The notes: generated from the sequence alone by a model not told the origin. Positions 24,310-37,200 are shown, numbered from the stretch's first letter. The stretch is DNA of 64,000 nt from Eledone cirrhosa (GCA_964016885.1 OZ024742.1:47554001-47618000), one strand, 5' to 3'. A program made the numbers and translations.

Positions 24310-27300
24310 ACTACCATTATCCCATCACCGCCGGCACCACCCCTTCACTCCTTCACTGCTAGCACCGCTACAGCACCATCACTACAGTAATACGGTCACA
24401 TCACCGCCACCACTGCCTCGGTATCGACATCACCACCACCACTGTCTCAGCATCGCTACCGCCGCCAGTCTCCCACTTCTCTTTTAGCTGGCTGCTGCCA
24501 CCACATTATAGAATCCCTACTGCTAAAAAAGAGGAAGGCATCAAAATATATAGATAGACTCAAAAGAAAAAAGAAAAAACAAACAACAAAACCAAAGCAG
24601 CACAGCAACAACAGCAAAAAACGAGAAAAACAAACAGAGAAAAACAAAAACAAAAACAAAAACAAAAACAAACAAAAAAAACCCCCCAAAACGTAAAGAA
24701 AATAAGAATGAAGAGAGAAGCAGGCGGACGGACAGAGAAGAGGGGGGAAAAACTAAAACTTAAAAAACAAAAACTAAGTCAGACATTCGAACACTACATT
24801 ACAATGAAACTTATGCTTATTCATTTTTGGGGCCCTTTCTGCCTGTGTGTTTGTTTGTTTATGTGTGTTCGTATACAGCGTGATGATAATGCCACACAAG
24901 GGCCAAGTGGAATGGCGGATCCACAGATGGCTATGTAACCATACATTCGCCAATCCTCGATAAGAGTGTTTAAATATCGAACATAAACAGTTCGAATAAC
25001 GGTGAAATGGAGACTAGAACGTCATGTGACAGACTCTCACCCAACAGGTGCCCCCTGGCTCAGCAGCAGGAACCTGACTGTCAACCAAATACTGCTGATG
25101 TTGGAGGAAGGAGAAGAAGGAAAGGGGCCAGAACCAACTGGACGAAAGAATTGAATAGAACTGTTATGCAATGTTACCTGAAAAGTAACCCCAAGGAGAG
25201 GGGCTACAGGAGACGGATGCATAACATCTGGAACGAGATTGGTTTATTTAAATTAGATGAACAAAAATTGGCCGGGCAGGCTCGGGTAATAAGAACTAAT
25301 GGGTTGATAAGCGAGCTGGAACTGGAGGAACTGAGCAGAGAGAATGGCTTGGAGATGGCGGTTGTAGTATGCCAGACAAGCGAGCCAGTGGGAAATGAAG
25401 GTGAAGAGGTCCTGAGAACGGAGGAACCACCCGAAGCAGACAATGATCTGAATGCTGAGATAAATAATACCTGGAACAGAGATACGGCCACTGAGGAGAT
25501 GAATGCTGACGGGCTAGGACAAGATTCGGTTCACATCCTAAATTTAGTGGTAGATGAATTGAACAATGATAGTGGGAGACCTATGAACCTAAGATTTGTA
25601 GACAGGAAAAAGTTAAAAGAAACAACAGCTAAGGTAAACAAAGTCATCCCATACCTTGAGGCGAGGAGCCTTCACCAGTGCAACAATATCCTCAAAGCAA
25701 CAGCAAATACGGTGAGGAAACTACTTGGTATAAAAGCGAGAGGAAACAACAGACAAGAAAGAGCAGAGCCGTGGTGGAAGAAGCGACTGAGTGGGCAAAT
25801 CGGGGAAATGAGAAATGACATAGGAAAGCTTGAATCACTACTGAATGGGACACTAAAAAACATAGGCACTAAAAATAGACTGGAAATAAAATACAAAACT
25901 AGGAGGAAAAAGCTAAATATTATCATAGAGGAACTGAAGCAACGCATTGTAGCAAAGAGTGCAAAAATCAGGCGATACGAGAACAGAGTCAGTCAGTATA
26001 AACAGAACCGCATGTTCGACAACAACCAGAAGATGCTGTTTGGACAGCTTGAGGGGAAAGAAAGAGGCAACGACTTGATTCCTGGGGCGGAGCAAACTAA
26101 AACATTCTGGAGAGGAATATGGGAGCAGGATGTTAGACATAATGTCCAGGCAGGGTGGATTGAGACAGTACAGAGGGAGATCGGTGAGCAGGCACAACAA
26201 CAAACTGATTTGAGTATCACAGTTGAAACTCTTAAGGGGCAGGCCAAAAAACTAACCAACTGGAAATCACCAGGCCCAGATGGTGTGCAGGGGTATTGGA
26301 TTAAACATTTAACATCCATCCACCCGAAGCTGACGGCCATGTTCAATGACTGCTTGGTGTCGGGTGAGGTGCCGGAGTGGTTGACAAAAGGTACCACAGT
26401 TCTGATAATGAAAGACCGAATCAAGGGTAATGATGTTACCAACTATAGACCTATCACATGTCTGTCAGTAATGTGGAAACTGTTGACGAGCATTGTGTCT
26501 GAGGAAATCTACCATCACCTCCACACAAACAACTTGTTGCCGGACGAACAGAAAGGATGCCGAAAGAAGTCACGTGGTACAAAGGACCAGTTAGTTATTG
26601 ATAAGATGGTAATGGGGAATTGCAGGAGGAGACACACTGATCTTGCCATGGGATGGATAGACTGCAGAAAGGCATTTGACATAGTGGCTTATTCTTGGAT
26701 CAACAAAAGCCTGGAGATCTTCAGGGTGGCAGATAACATCAGACAGTTGCTGGGCAGGAGTATGGGGTCCTGGGAGACAGAGTTGACATCAACTGGAGTA
26801 TCCTTGGGAAGCGTGAAGATCAAGGGAGGTATCTTCCAGGGAGATAGCCTGTCCCCTCTGTTGTTTGTCTTTGCCCTGATGCCCTTGACCATTATGCTGC
26901 GAAAAGTGAGAGCAGGATACAAATTGGGAAGGGGAGAGCTTACCATCAATCACCTCCTCTTCATGGACGATCTTAAGCTCTTCGGGAAAAGTGAGAAGGA
27001 GTTGGATGTGCTTGTTGACACTGTCCGTATTTTCAGCAGTGATATATGTATGCAGTTTGGTATTGGTAAATGTGGAGTCATTGTGATGAGGAGGGGTAGG
27101 TGGAGCAGAAGTAACGGGATCCAGATACCAACAGGTGAGATGATAAAGGAAATTGACTCTGAGGAAGGATACAAGTATTTGGGCGTTCTGGAGGCTGATG
27201 GCATAAAGAACAAAAAAATGAAGGAATTGTTAAGAACTGAATACATTCGGAGAGTAAAGAGTGTATTGAAGTCACATCTGAACAGCAGAAATGCCATAAG

Positions 27301-28473
27301 CGCAGTAAATTCCCGAGCTGTGTCTATTATTAGGTACAGTGCGGGAATTCTGAGATGGAATGTTGCTGAACAAAAAGAAATGGATAGGAAGACTAGGAAG
27401 CTATTGACTATCTACAACATGTTCCACAAGAGGAGTGATGTCGATAGACTCTACTTAAGGAGATCTGAGGGTGGAAGAGGTCTTATCAGCATAGAGGACT
27501 GTGTTCAGATGGAGAAAAACAACCTACAAAAATACGTGACTGATAGTAAGGAGCCAATGCTCAGAACTGTACTGAAGGAGGGGACAGTAGGCCAGGGGAT
27601 GTCCAAGGAGGAAATAACATCAAGGAGGAAGAGCAGCCTTAAGGGAAAATCCCTTCATAGTACCTTCTTTGAGAAAACTGAATTTAGAGATCCACAGACA
27701 TGGAACTGGTTGAGAAGAGGAGACCTCAAAAAGGCTACAGAAGGAATGCTAATGGCTGCGCAGGAGCAGGCCCTCAAAACGAAGTGGTTGAAGCACCATA
27801 TTTACAAGGAGGAGGCTAGCCCACTGTGCAGGATCTGTGGAGAGAGAGAGGAGACTGTGGCTCACATTGTGTCCGAGTGTAAACACCTAGCCAAGACCCA
27901 CTATAAGGGCTGCAGACACGATGTGATGGGCAGGGTGATCCACTGGCACCTGTGCAAAGTAAACAATTTACCACATTCTGAGAAATGGTATGAGCATAGG
28001 CCAGAGGCGGTGATGGAGAACAATCAGGTGAAGGTGCTGTGGGATTTTAGGATACAGACGGACAAGAAACTGGAACACAATAGACCTGATCTTGTGGTTG
28101 TGGACAAAGAAAAAAGATCGTGTCTGATTGTGGATGTGGCCTGCCCTTTCGACACGAGAGTGCAAGAGAAGGAGAGGGAGAAAATTAACCGATACCAGGA
28201 CCTAAAGTGGGAGGTGAAAAGGATTTGGAACTGCCATGAAGTCAAAGTGATCCCGATTGTCATAGGCGCACTCGGGACTATCTCAAAAAGTTTCCAGGGA
28301 TGGTTAAAGAAAATCGGCCCCTTCACGCTTTTTGGAACGCTTCAAAAGGCAAGCTTGCTTGGAACAGCAAGAACCCTCCGATACGTCCTGAATATCTGAG
28401 GCTGCAGGTAGTGGCTTGATATTCAATCCAACGGACTTTCCAGTTAACCAACATCAATGACTGAGATTCAAGG
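24310..28473 (+). mobile_element. R4/Dong-like family A, truncated within the leader
   Basis: Leader matches ~17240-17900. Intact ORF. (AAT)n on both sides. Confidence 0.9.
25007..28399 (+). CDS. Intact RT plus CCHC plus RLE polyprotein (second copy)
   Basis: 1130 aa, colinear with 17900-21292. Some substitutions fall in conserved motifs (IDCRKAFDIVAY, KGGIFQGD). Confidence 0.94.
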   Translation: METRTSCDRLSPNRCPLAQQQEPDCQPNTADVGGRRRRKGARTNWTKELNRTVMQCYLKSNPKERGYRRRMHNIWNEIGLFKLDEQKLAGQARVIRTNGLISELELEELSRENGLEMAVVVCQTSEPVGNEGEEVLRTEEPPEADNDLNAEINNTWNRDTATEEMNADGLGQDSVHILNLVVDELNNDSGRPMNLRFVDRKKLKETTAKVNKVIPYLEARSLHQCNNILKATANTVRKLLGIKARGNNRQERAEPWWKKRLSGQIGEMRNDIGKLESLLNGTLKNIGTKNRLEIKYKTRRKKLNIIIEELKQRIVAKSAKIRRYENRVSQYKQNRMFDNNQKMLFGQLEGKERGNDLIPGAEQTKTFWRGIWEQDVRHNVQAGWIETVQREIGEQAQQQTDLSITVETLKGQAKKLTNWKSPGPDGVQGYWIKHLTSIHPKLTAMFNDCLVSGEVPEWLTKGTTVLIMKDRIKGNDVTNYRPITCLSVMWKLLTSIVSEEIYHHLHTNNLLPDEQKGCRKKSRGTKDQLVIDKMVMGNCRRRHTDLAMGWIDCRKAFDIVAYSWINKSLEIFRVADNIRQLLGRSMGSWETELTSTGVSLGSVKIKGGIFQGDSLSPLLFVFALMPLTIMLRKVRAGYKLGRGELTINHLLFMDDLKLFGKSEKELDVLVDTVRIFSSDICMQFGIGKCGVIVMRRGRWSRSNGIQIPTGEMIKEIDSEEGYKYLGVLEADGIKNKKMKELLRTEYIRRVKSVLKSHLNSRNAISAVNSRAVSIIRYSAGILRWNVAEQKEMDRKTRKLLTIYNMFHKRSDVDRLYLRRSEGGRGLISIEDCVQMEKNNLQKYVTDSKEPMLRTVLKEGTVGQGMSKEEITSRRKSSLKGKSLHSTFFEKTEFRDPQTWNWLRRGDLKKATEGMLMAAQEQALKTKWLKHHIYKEEASPLCRICGEREETVAHIVSECKHLAKTHYKGCRHDVMGRVIHWHLCKVNNLPHSEKWYEHRPEAVMENNQVKVLWDFRIQTDKKLEHNRPDLVVVDKEKRSCLIVDVACPFDTRVQEKEREKINRYQDLKWEVKRIWNCHEVKVIPIVIGALGTISKSFQGWLKKIGPFTLFGTLQKASLLGTARTLRYVLNI

Positions 28474-28503
28474 AATAACAACAATAATAATAATAATAAT
28501 AAT

Positions 28504-31500
28504 GTTTTCTTTATTAACCACAAGGGTTTACATAAAGTAGACATTAAGGACAGTACAGGACAATACAGGACGATACAAATGGGCATTTCTGCGTGTACAA
28601 AAACAGAGGTTGAAATAAAATAACAAAGAAAAATTCCCCAATAGGGGGGAGACTTCCGAGGGACATTTTTGGAGAAAGCCCATTAAAAGACCACAGTGAC
28701 CCTGACCACCAGGGAAAGTGCCCTCTCCCAGTTTTCCACCTTTAATTTACAGACACATACTCAGAAAAGGCCCATTCATTCGGGCCATACTTGCTTCTCT
28801 CACCCATCTTTCAACGAAATGCTGGGAAGAGAGCACTTCCCTCTCTACCCTGATTTTCCTTTTCAAATGAAATTTGAAAAAGTTAATCAGGGCATCACCG
28901 AAGAGGTAAGTGCTCGTCTTCAGCCCTTTCAAACGTGTCCACCATACTATCTCTTTCGCCATGGCCATCAGCTAGATAAAAACTGCCTGCCCTTCCCGGC
29001 TAAAGGAAGAGGGCGGGGCAATCCTCACAATGGACTCAGCTGATAGCTGGATCCTTCCTACACGTGACAGCAGGTGTTCGACATAAACCCACAAGTCATC
29101 AATGCTCGGACACTGGACGAGTGCGTGCAGGACGGTTTCGTCGCCCTGTGCGCATCTCGGACATGCCCGGGTGACGGCACCTCCATGCCTGTAGAGTTTA
29201 TCCCGAACTGGCAAAGCTCCCCGGTAGCACTGCCAGGCCAGGGATTTCTGGAAGTTGTCCATAGGCTCCGGCCCGAAAGTCCTTCCGAAGAGATTGGCTA
29301 GTTGATTTTCTCCAAGTACGTCGTCGCTGTTACCCTCCACTAATCCCCTATAGAACGCCAAGGTGGAGTTTCCACCGATCAGATTGCCCGATTGGTCGAG
29401 GGCTGTGAGGGCCTGAAGACATTCCAGTCTCCAGGCGCTCCCTCTCGGTCTTCGCTTGACCCAGGACTGCAGCTCCGTCAAGGAAACGAGCTGGGGAAAT
29501 GCGTGTCTAGCAAACGGCCACCACACCTGATCACCGTCGAGGAAGAGGTGGAGATGTCGTAGCCTGAGCGCGTGCCTGCGCATCATCAGCCACGGCATGC
29601 CCAGCCCTCCACGTAGCGGGTGTTGACAACAGATGGAGCGCGTCCCTTCCACAAAAAGCGAAAGAGCAAACGCTCCAGCGCAGTCAGGCGAGGCTTAGGA
29701 CAAGGTACGACGGTCAGGCGGTAGCAGATGACGGACGCGATGTACGCGTTAGCCACCTCCGCTCGACCTTTCAGGGATAGCTTCCTCTCCGCCCATTTCT
29801 GGGTGAGAGAAGCCACCCTGCTCGTCACCTCGTCCCAGTGTTTGTCCGTCTGGAGGTCCGGACCGAACCAGACCCCTAATAATTTTACCTGTCCGTCCGT
29901 CCAGCGTCCGACGACGCTGTTGGACGGCATGGACCTGCCTCTCCAAGTGCCGAGCTGCAGGCCCACTGACTTTTTCTGGTTGATCATTGCTCCTGTCACC
30001 GCTTCGTATTCTCTTAGAAGATCGGTGCGAAGGCCCGTGCTTCCGAGATTCTGTTCTCGCTAATGGCCACTACATCTATGTTTAGTGACCTGAGGTCGTT
30101 GAGCAGGTGACCCTGCTTCCATGACGACCCCAAGCCACGCGCTTTTATTCTGCCTATTCTGAGTGAGGCCATGTTTAAAAGGGAGTGGAAAAGATGGGAA
30201 ATACCACTTACCGTACTTTTCGTAGAGGAAGGATGGTTTCTCCATCCCTTTTCACTTGATCGTCTGGTGAAGGGACTGTTGAATCGTCGCTTCGGCAGGT
30301 CGTCGGCTCTTCTATGAGTATGTCCGAATATACTCTGCGGTTGAGAGTCCCTCCTAGGTCTCTGAAATCACCAACTGCTTTGGGGAAATCGTTTTAATGT
30401 TTGTGTATTGTTTCTGTGCTATTTTTAGTAGTCTTATGTTAATTGTCGTTTTGATTGGTGCTGGTATTATGTAGTCGTGTTGTGAAATGTCTGTGTGTTC
30501 AATTATGTAAGTCATTAGTTTCTTGTGTGTATTTATTGCCGTGCATTTGTTTTTCTGGGGGTGTGGCGTGGTTCTGCTATTTTCTTGTCGTTGTTGCTGG
30601 GTGTGTGTGTTTTGTTGTTGTGTTTGCGATGTTGGTGCTTGTGGTGGTGGTGTTGAAGGTGTTGTTGTTGTTGGCGGTGGGGTTGTCGCCGGTGGTGATG
30701 GTGGTGCTAGTGTGGGTGTTGATGGTGTTGGTGGTGTTGCTGCTGTGAGTCTCTTTGCAGTAGCCTTTAACCTTTTCATTTCCTTGCTCCCTTTTCGAAG
30801 GCGACGATGCGCTGCTTCAGTGTGTGTGCCTTCTTGCGACCTTTTGCCATCCCTCTCCCACCTCACTCTCCATGTCTGATTCCCTAAGGTCAGGGAGGGG
30901 TACCAGCTCCACTCTTTCACTTGTTGTTGTTGGTGATGTTTGCAGTGGAGTCTCTGTTGAGGCTGCAGTTGGTATTACTGTTGTTTTTGTTAATACTTGC
31001 ACTACTGCTGCTGTTCTTGATTTCCGTGGCTTGGGTATGGGTGCCACGGACCTATCGTTCCTGCTTGTCGCCTGTCCTGTTGCTGGTAGCAGTGGAGCCG
31101 GATTCGGAAGGAGGGGGGTTTCTCCTTTCTGAGGGTCTTCTCGTTGCAGAAGGTCCTAAGGTGAGTCTTCGATCCACAGCGAAAGCATTTCGGGCGTTTG
31201 CCCTCAACACTTATGGGAAGTTGAGTGCCGTTATCGAAGTCTATCACATCCGGGATAGCTTCGATGCACTCCTGGTTGGTTTGGATTAACATCTCAATGG
31301 AGGTGCCGACCCAATTTTCTCTTACTTTTTTCTGTACTTGCAGTACAGTTGTTTTGTCCTCGATTCCGACGAGGACAGACGCGGCCAGCCAAGAAGGGGC
31401 CATCCGGGGGGGGGGGGGGGTCAGTTTGACCCTCACAACTTTTGGCCCGCAGTAGGAAGGCACTAACACCATTTCCTCGCTCCTTATGGTCACTAAGGAT

Positions 31501-32539
31501 TGAGCCTTTGCCTCCTGGGGTGTCGCAAAAAGCACATCTACGGTGGCATATTCCTTGCCTCGGGTGATTACTTTTACGCTGCCACACAGATCCTAAGGCT
31601 TTTTGTATTTGAGCCTCTGTGGCTCTTTCAACCCTACGGGATTTTGTGCTTACTGTACGGTACGTGACCGTACAGTGCTGTTGGGTTTCCAAAAAAAATT
31701 TCGGCTGCATTGCAGATTGTTCGGTGTCCGGTTTTTGTCACCATCTTCTTCGCTTCCTGTAATTCCTCATTTGTTATGAGGATGGTTTCCAGATTCTTTG
31801 CGATACCTGCAAACGAGATTGGTTTTTCTTTGCTGCTGTTGTGGTTGTTGTTGTTGTTGTCGTCAGAGCTACTGTTACTTTTGTTGTTGCTGCAGGTACT
31901 ACGACTACTGCTGCCGCTGCTGTTGCTCTGGTTGTTGTTGTTGCTGTTACTGCTGTTGTTGTTGCTGTTGCTGCTAATGCTGTTGTTGTTTATGCTGCTG
32001 CTGATGCTGTTTCGGCTGATACCGTTGATTTCCTTGTCACTGTTGCTGCTGCTGTTATTACGTCTGTTACTGCTATTATTCATGACGTCAGACGAATGAA
32101 ATGGGTTTTCGTATTTCCCGCACACCTTTTTCGTCGTTGTCGTCGTCGTGGAGAAATCTTCCATGTTTTTCACGTGATTTTGTAAATTAATTTTCTTTAC
32201 TGGCGTCACTTGCGAAAGAGAAGGGAGGGAGAGAGACAATCTTCTCTCTGCTGTAGTGACGATTGAGGAAGAAGAAGACGGAATGAGTGGGAGTGACCTA
32301 TGAAAATTCTTTTTCGTAGCCATGTTTTTTTTTTTGTTTAAAATAAATATTGGGCACAAAACCCCAATAAGCGGTTATTTAACCCCGAAGGGCTAAATAA
32401 CGGGCAGAAAGACCCTTCTCACGAAGAGGAGGGTGTTTTTGTCTAAAAGTTGGTTAAAGTTTTAAACAATATACAATTGTTAAAGCGGTCAAAATTTACA
32501 ATACCTTACAGAGCCGAGCCTCCGTCAACCATAGCATTC
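28504..32539 (-). mobile_element. Tx1-like LINE with both ends but an internal deletion of most of EN/RT
   Basis: ORF1 pieces (SFAGIAK, CCHC KCFRCGSKTHLRTFC). ORF2 ATG at 30172 jumps near 30010 to the post-RT region (INQKKSVGL, LSLKGRAEVAN, CPRCAQGDETVLHALVQC). (AAT)n at both ends. Confidence 0.87.
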
Positions 32540-32573
<34 letters not shown>

Positions 32574-34160
32574 GGGAAGCTTGTCAACTCAGACCCAGCT
32601 GAATTGAATGCTGAAACAATCATAAAGGAATTTGATTAGGAACAAACCTATAAATACTTAGGGATTAATGAGGGCTCTGGCATACAGCATGCAAGCATGA
32701 AAGAGAGGATAAGGAAAAAATGTTACAGGAGAGTACGTGGAGTTCTGAGATCAGAACTAACCGCTCGTAACAAGGTGCTAGCGATAAATTCGTTGGCAGT
32801 CCCACTTGTCATTTATAGCTTCGGTGTGTTGAAATGGAATATGAGTGAAGTCAAAAGAATCGACACCAAACTCCGTAAGCTACTGACTTGTAATAGGAAG
32901 CACCACCCAAAAGCAGATGTGGATCGTCTTTACCTTCCTAGAACTCAAGGAGGCCGTGGCCTGAACCAATTTGAACTTGCTTACAAGACCACCATCATCA
33001 GACTAACCAAATACCTTGAAACAACTAATGACAGCATGCTGAAACTTGTTGAATAGCATGAGAGAAGTAAGAATCTTCATTCTATCTTGAAGGAGAGCAA
33101 AACATGTGCTACTGATCTCATGCTTGATACCCAGGCTGGACAGACTAAAGAAACTGTTGCAACTGATGTTGCTAGGCCCATAAAATCACTGGCAAAAGCA
33201 AAAGGGCAAGGACAATTAGCATCAAATTGGGAGCAGAAACCTCTGCATGGCAAATATGTAGCCCGTAGCAATCAAGCTGATGTTGACGATCAGTGGCTAC
33301 ATAGTTCAGGGCTAAAGGCGGAGAGTGAAAGCTTCATCTTAGCTGCCCAAGATCAAAGCTTATTGACTCGTAATTACCAGGCCAATATGATGAGAAACGG
33401 AATAAACTCAAAGTGCCTATTCTGCAATGCTGAGGTTGAAACAGTGGATTACTTAGTCTCTGGATGTAAAGTTTTAGCACCAGTTGAATAAAATATAGAC
33501 ATGACAGAGTTGGCCAATATCCATACAGGGTAATATGTCGGCATTACAAAATCAAAGCTGAAGACAAGTGGTACAATCATCACCCTGAGGCTGTAACTGA
33601 AGGAGAAAAAGTAACAATTCTCTGGGACTTTCCTGTACATACTGACAGGACCATAACAGCAAATAGACCTGACATCATTGTAACAGATCAACATAACAAG
33701 GTCTGTTTGTTGATATATATGAGCATCCCATGTGATCACAATATCGCGGCAAAAGAATTCGACAAGCTACGAAAATATAAAGATCTGCTTATTGAAATTG
33801 AGAAAATATGGCACCTCAAGGCCGTTACAATACCAGTGATTGTGGGAGGACTGGGTATGATCAAGAAAGGAACAGAACAATATTTGCGAATGATTCCTGG
33901 TTTGCTCTCTCTGCACGATGTGCAAAAAATTATTTTGACTGGTACTGCACACGTATTGAGAAGAGCACTATCTCTGTAAGATTCATATCCCTCCTTGTAT
34001 TTACATATGCATATGCACATGTGTATATATGTATACTGTTTTTTTCATTATAATCAATGTGCTGTATTAACTGGCTTACCAATGCACACTGTGAATTTAT
34101 TTGCCCTTGGTGTCAGGAAGACACTCGGCATATATCTCAGAAACAATAATGAAATAAAAT
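32574..34160 (+). pseudogene. R4/Dong-like family C, 5'-truncated and decayed
   Basis: HHPKADVDRLYLPRTQGGRGL, AAQDQSL, CLFCNAEVETVDYLVSGC, KYKDLLIEIEKIW. Flanked by (AAT)n. Confidence 0.87.
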
Positions 34161-34177
34161 AAAAATAATAATAATAA

Positions 34178-34247
34178 TAATTGTTTCTACTTATAGCACA
34201 AGGCCAGCGATACCCCTGTGCATCACCGGTACTTTATTTTATCGACG
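34178..34247 (-). mobile_element. SINE 3' fragment
   Basis: ttgtttctacttatagcacaaggccagc...ggtactttattttatcgac. Confidence 0.75.
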
Positions 34248-37200
34248 CGAAATTGAGCTGGTGTTAAAAGACGCGTTGAAGGACATTTTTATTGAGAGAG
34301 GGAAGTTATATGGGAGTCTGACAATTTTGATGAAGGACCAATTGGTGGCCCAAAAATACTCGGTGTTACCAATTGTGTCCAAGCAGTACTCTTTCTTCTC
34401 CACCTACATGGGGAAGAAAACTCAAAAAATAACAATCTCCGGTATACACCCAAATACAAATATGTGGTGGATACTAGGAGGGATACTGGACGATGAAGAT
34501 GAACTCCTTGATATAGGCAAAGCCACCATGGGCCACTTTGGCGGTATAGGCATGCAGGTTCTGGTTCGAATGAAACCAGAACATATCGCAAAGATACCCT
34601 AATGAGTGTCCCTGGAAGGCTCCCAATTTATGAACATTGCAGTTGAGGGTAGGCGGCCCGCTTGCTACCTCTGTGGAGGCAGAGATCACATGAGGGCTGC
34701 CTGTCCTCAACAAACTAAAAAACCTTTACTGCAAACAACTTCAAAAACACCACCACCACCACCACCACCACCACAACAACAACAACAACAAACACAACAA
34801 GTCAACAAAAAACTGAACACGGACCCACCCAACTCCTCCACAAACAAAAACACAATCACCACAACCACCACCTCAAAAAACAACAAACACAACAAGTCAA
34901 CAAAAAACTGAACACGGTCCCACCCAATTTCTCCCCACCTAAAACAACTCCAACAACATACATAACAAAATCCCAAAATATACCCATCCCCTCCAATATG
35001 GAAGAGGATGCCTTAACGTCAGAAGTGGAGGGGGAACCCTTCCAAAAAATAAAGCGAAAAAACAAAAAAACACACCGCACCACACAAAGAAAAATATCCC
35101 CTCTCCAAAACAAAACACAAAAAAAACAAAACAAAAACCAACAAAAATTACACAGACACAGCTATACACATACTTCAACACAAAAAATATAAAACTTGTA
35201 AACAAAATTGAACAAAACTCTTCGGTGCAAACCGAAGGGCCAAATTTCACGAGGGACACAGAGAACCCCTCTTTAAAAATGATTAAAACTCCGATAGACA
35301 TTTATATAGAACTAAAAGACAATTTTCCTGAGGACGTGCCCCCCCCCCCCCCCCCCTGTGTAAAACCAATGAACTGCGTCCTCTTGAACAATTTCCCCAA
35401 CCCCACCACACTCTGATGTCCCCACACCACCACAACTCACCACCCCACCCAACAACCCCTCCATCACTCCCATGGAAGTTGTGCAGCCCGGTCCCCGGAA
35501 CGTAAGGAGGTAGGTGCCTTTTCTTTTTCTTCCCCTTCGCCGCCAACATGGCTGTATTGAGCGTACGATGTTTGAATGCGCGTGGTCTGAGCTCACCTTG
35601 GAAGCAGGCAAAACTTCTAAATGACCCCAAGTCGCGCAGTATAAATGTCATGGCTATTTGCGAGTCCAGGGTCAGCAGCGATGCCAGCTACCCCCAACTT
35701 TAACGGCTATGAGATCTATGCATCTCTCTGTCAGCCAAGAGGTGGGAGTGGGGTTGTCGTTCTGCTGCAAAAATACCTGGGACTCGCAACGCGGACGGTG
35801 CACTTGGACCCGGAGAGTCGACTTGTGGTACTAGACGTTGGTAGTGGTGAAGGTGGAGCCTTTAGGATGGTCGCCGCCATGCCCCTGTTGGGGCCGCGAG
35901 GCGCACTTCTTCCAACGTCTGGAGACTTTTCTAGCTCCTTGCTTTTAGTGGGGGACTGGAATGGTATCCTAGATGCACGTTGGGACTATGTAGGGGCATG
36001 AACCGATAGAGGGGGGTGTAACAGCCTCAAAAGATTAATCGGCCGATTTGACCTGGCCGATAGATATCGACTAGATTTTCCGACTGCGATACCTGGACTT
36101 GGACTAACCGCCGCGGATCATCTAGGTCGTACCTACATAGGGTCCTAGTTAGAAATAAGGATAGGGACCTACTAAGTTGTCCAGAGATGCGCATGGTTTG
36201 CTATTCAGATAAAAAAATTAGTGATATGCTTAGTTAAGCTTGATAGAACTCATAGACAGGGACCCGGTTACTGGAAGCAGAACTTGTCCTTACCGGCTTG
36301 TAAAGCTTACAGGGATCGGATTAGCGCTTTAGTTAAGGAACGGTTAACGGGGGGTATCGTCAACTGCAGGTGGTCTGGCTCTCTCAAGAGGGAGATTATG
36401 GTAGTCTCGATAGGTTTTAGTAAGGAATTAGCCTCAGATTGGAATAGGAAGGAAAGGGAGTGGGTAGATAGAGTAGAAGGGGCGATTAGAAGTGGCAACG
36501 TATTCAGAGTGAGAACGCCCTTAGACCAGTTTATTCGACGCGAAGCACGAAGGCTGCGTTGTCAGAAGCAAAACAGGTACACTAGGAAACGAGGAGGCCA
36601 AATCTGTTAGCTGGGCCCGCGTGACAGAAGCCAAAAGTGGGATTAAATCCACTATCCGGTCTTTGAAGGACCAGGATGGACAGGTGATCCTTGAACCTGG
36701 CAGATGTGTGAGGCCTTTCAAAGGCACTTTGCACGACTGTTCGGGAGGGGCGGGGGGCGGATGGGGATGTGGATTTCAGTCCATACCTCGACGGCCTACC
36801 GCGTCTTTCGAACACCGAGGCGAAGTCCTGCGAAAGGCCGATTTCAGCTGCCGAAATAGGGGATGTGCTGAGCCAATGCGGCAAACGCAAAACTCCGGGC
36901 CTCGATGATCTTCCATACGAACTTTATGTAGCGATGCCGGACTTTTTATCCGATCTCTTCGAGGCGGTCTACTGCAACTGACAACAGAACGGGAGAATTC
37001 CCTATTCCGTGACCAAAGGCGTAGTCTCGCTAGTAAGGAAGGACGAGAACAATGTGGATGAAATAAGTAATTCTGAGTTAAAGATTTTGGCCAAGGTGTT
37101 AGCAAAGGGGTTGGCGCTTGTTGTGGGCAACCTGGTGGGATATGCGCATACATGCTATCCAGTCCAGGTCCATTCACGACAACAGCCACCTCATGTGATA

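Noticed and set aside
17930-28326. Many minus-strand ORFs overlapping the Dong-like ORFs
   Set aside because: Antisense shadows of the coding strand with no motifs. They recur only because the element is repeated.
11418-34180. Repeat-spacer appearance (CRISPR-like) or single segmental duplication
   Set aside because: The units are retrotransposon 3' ends with different truncation points. There are no cas genes and no constant-length spacers.
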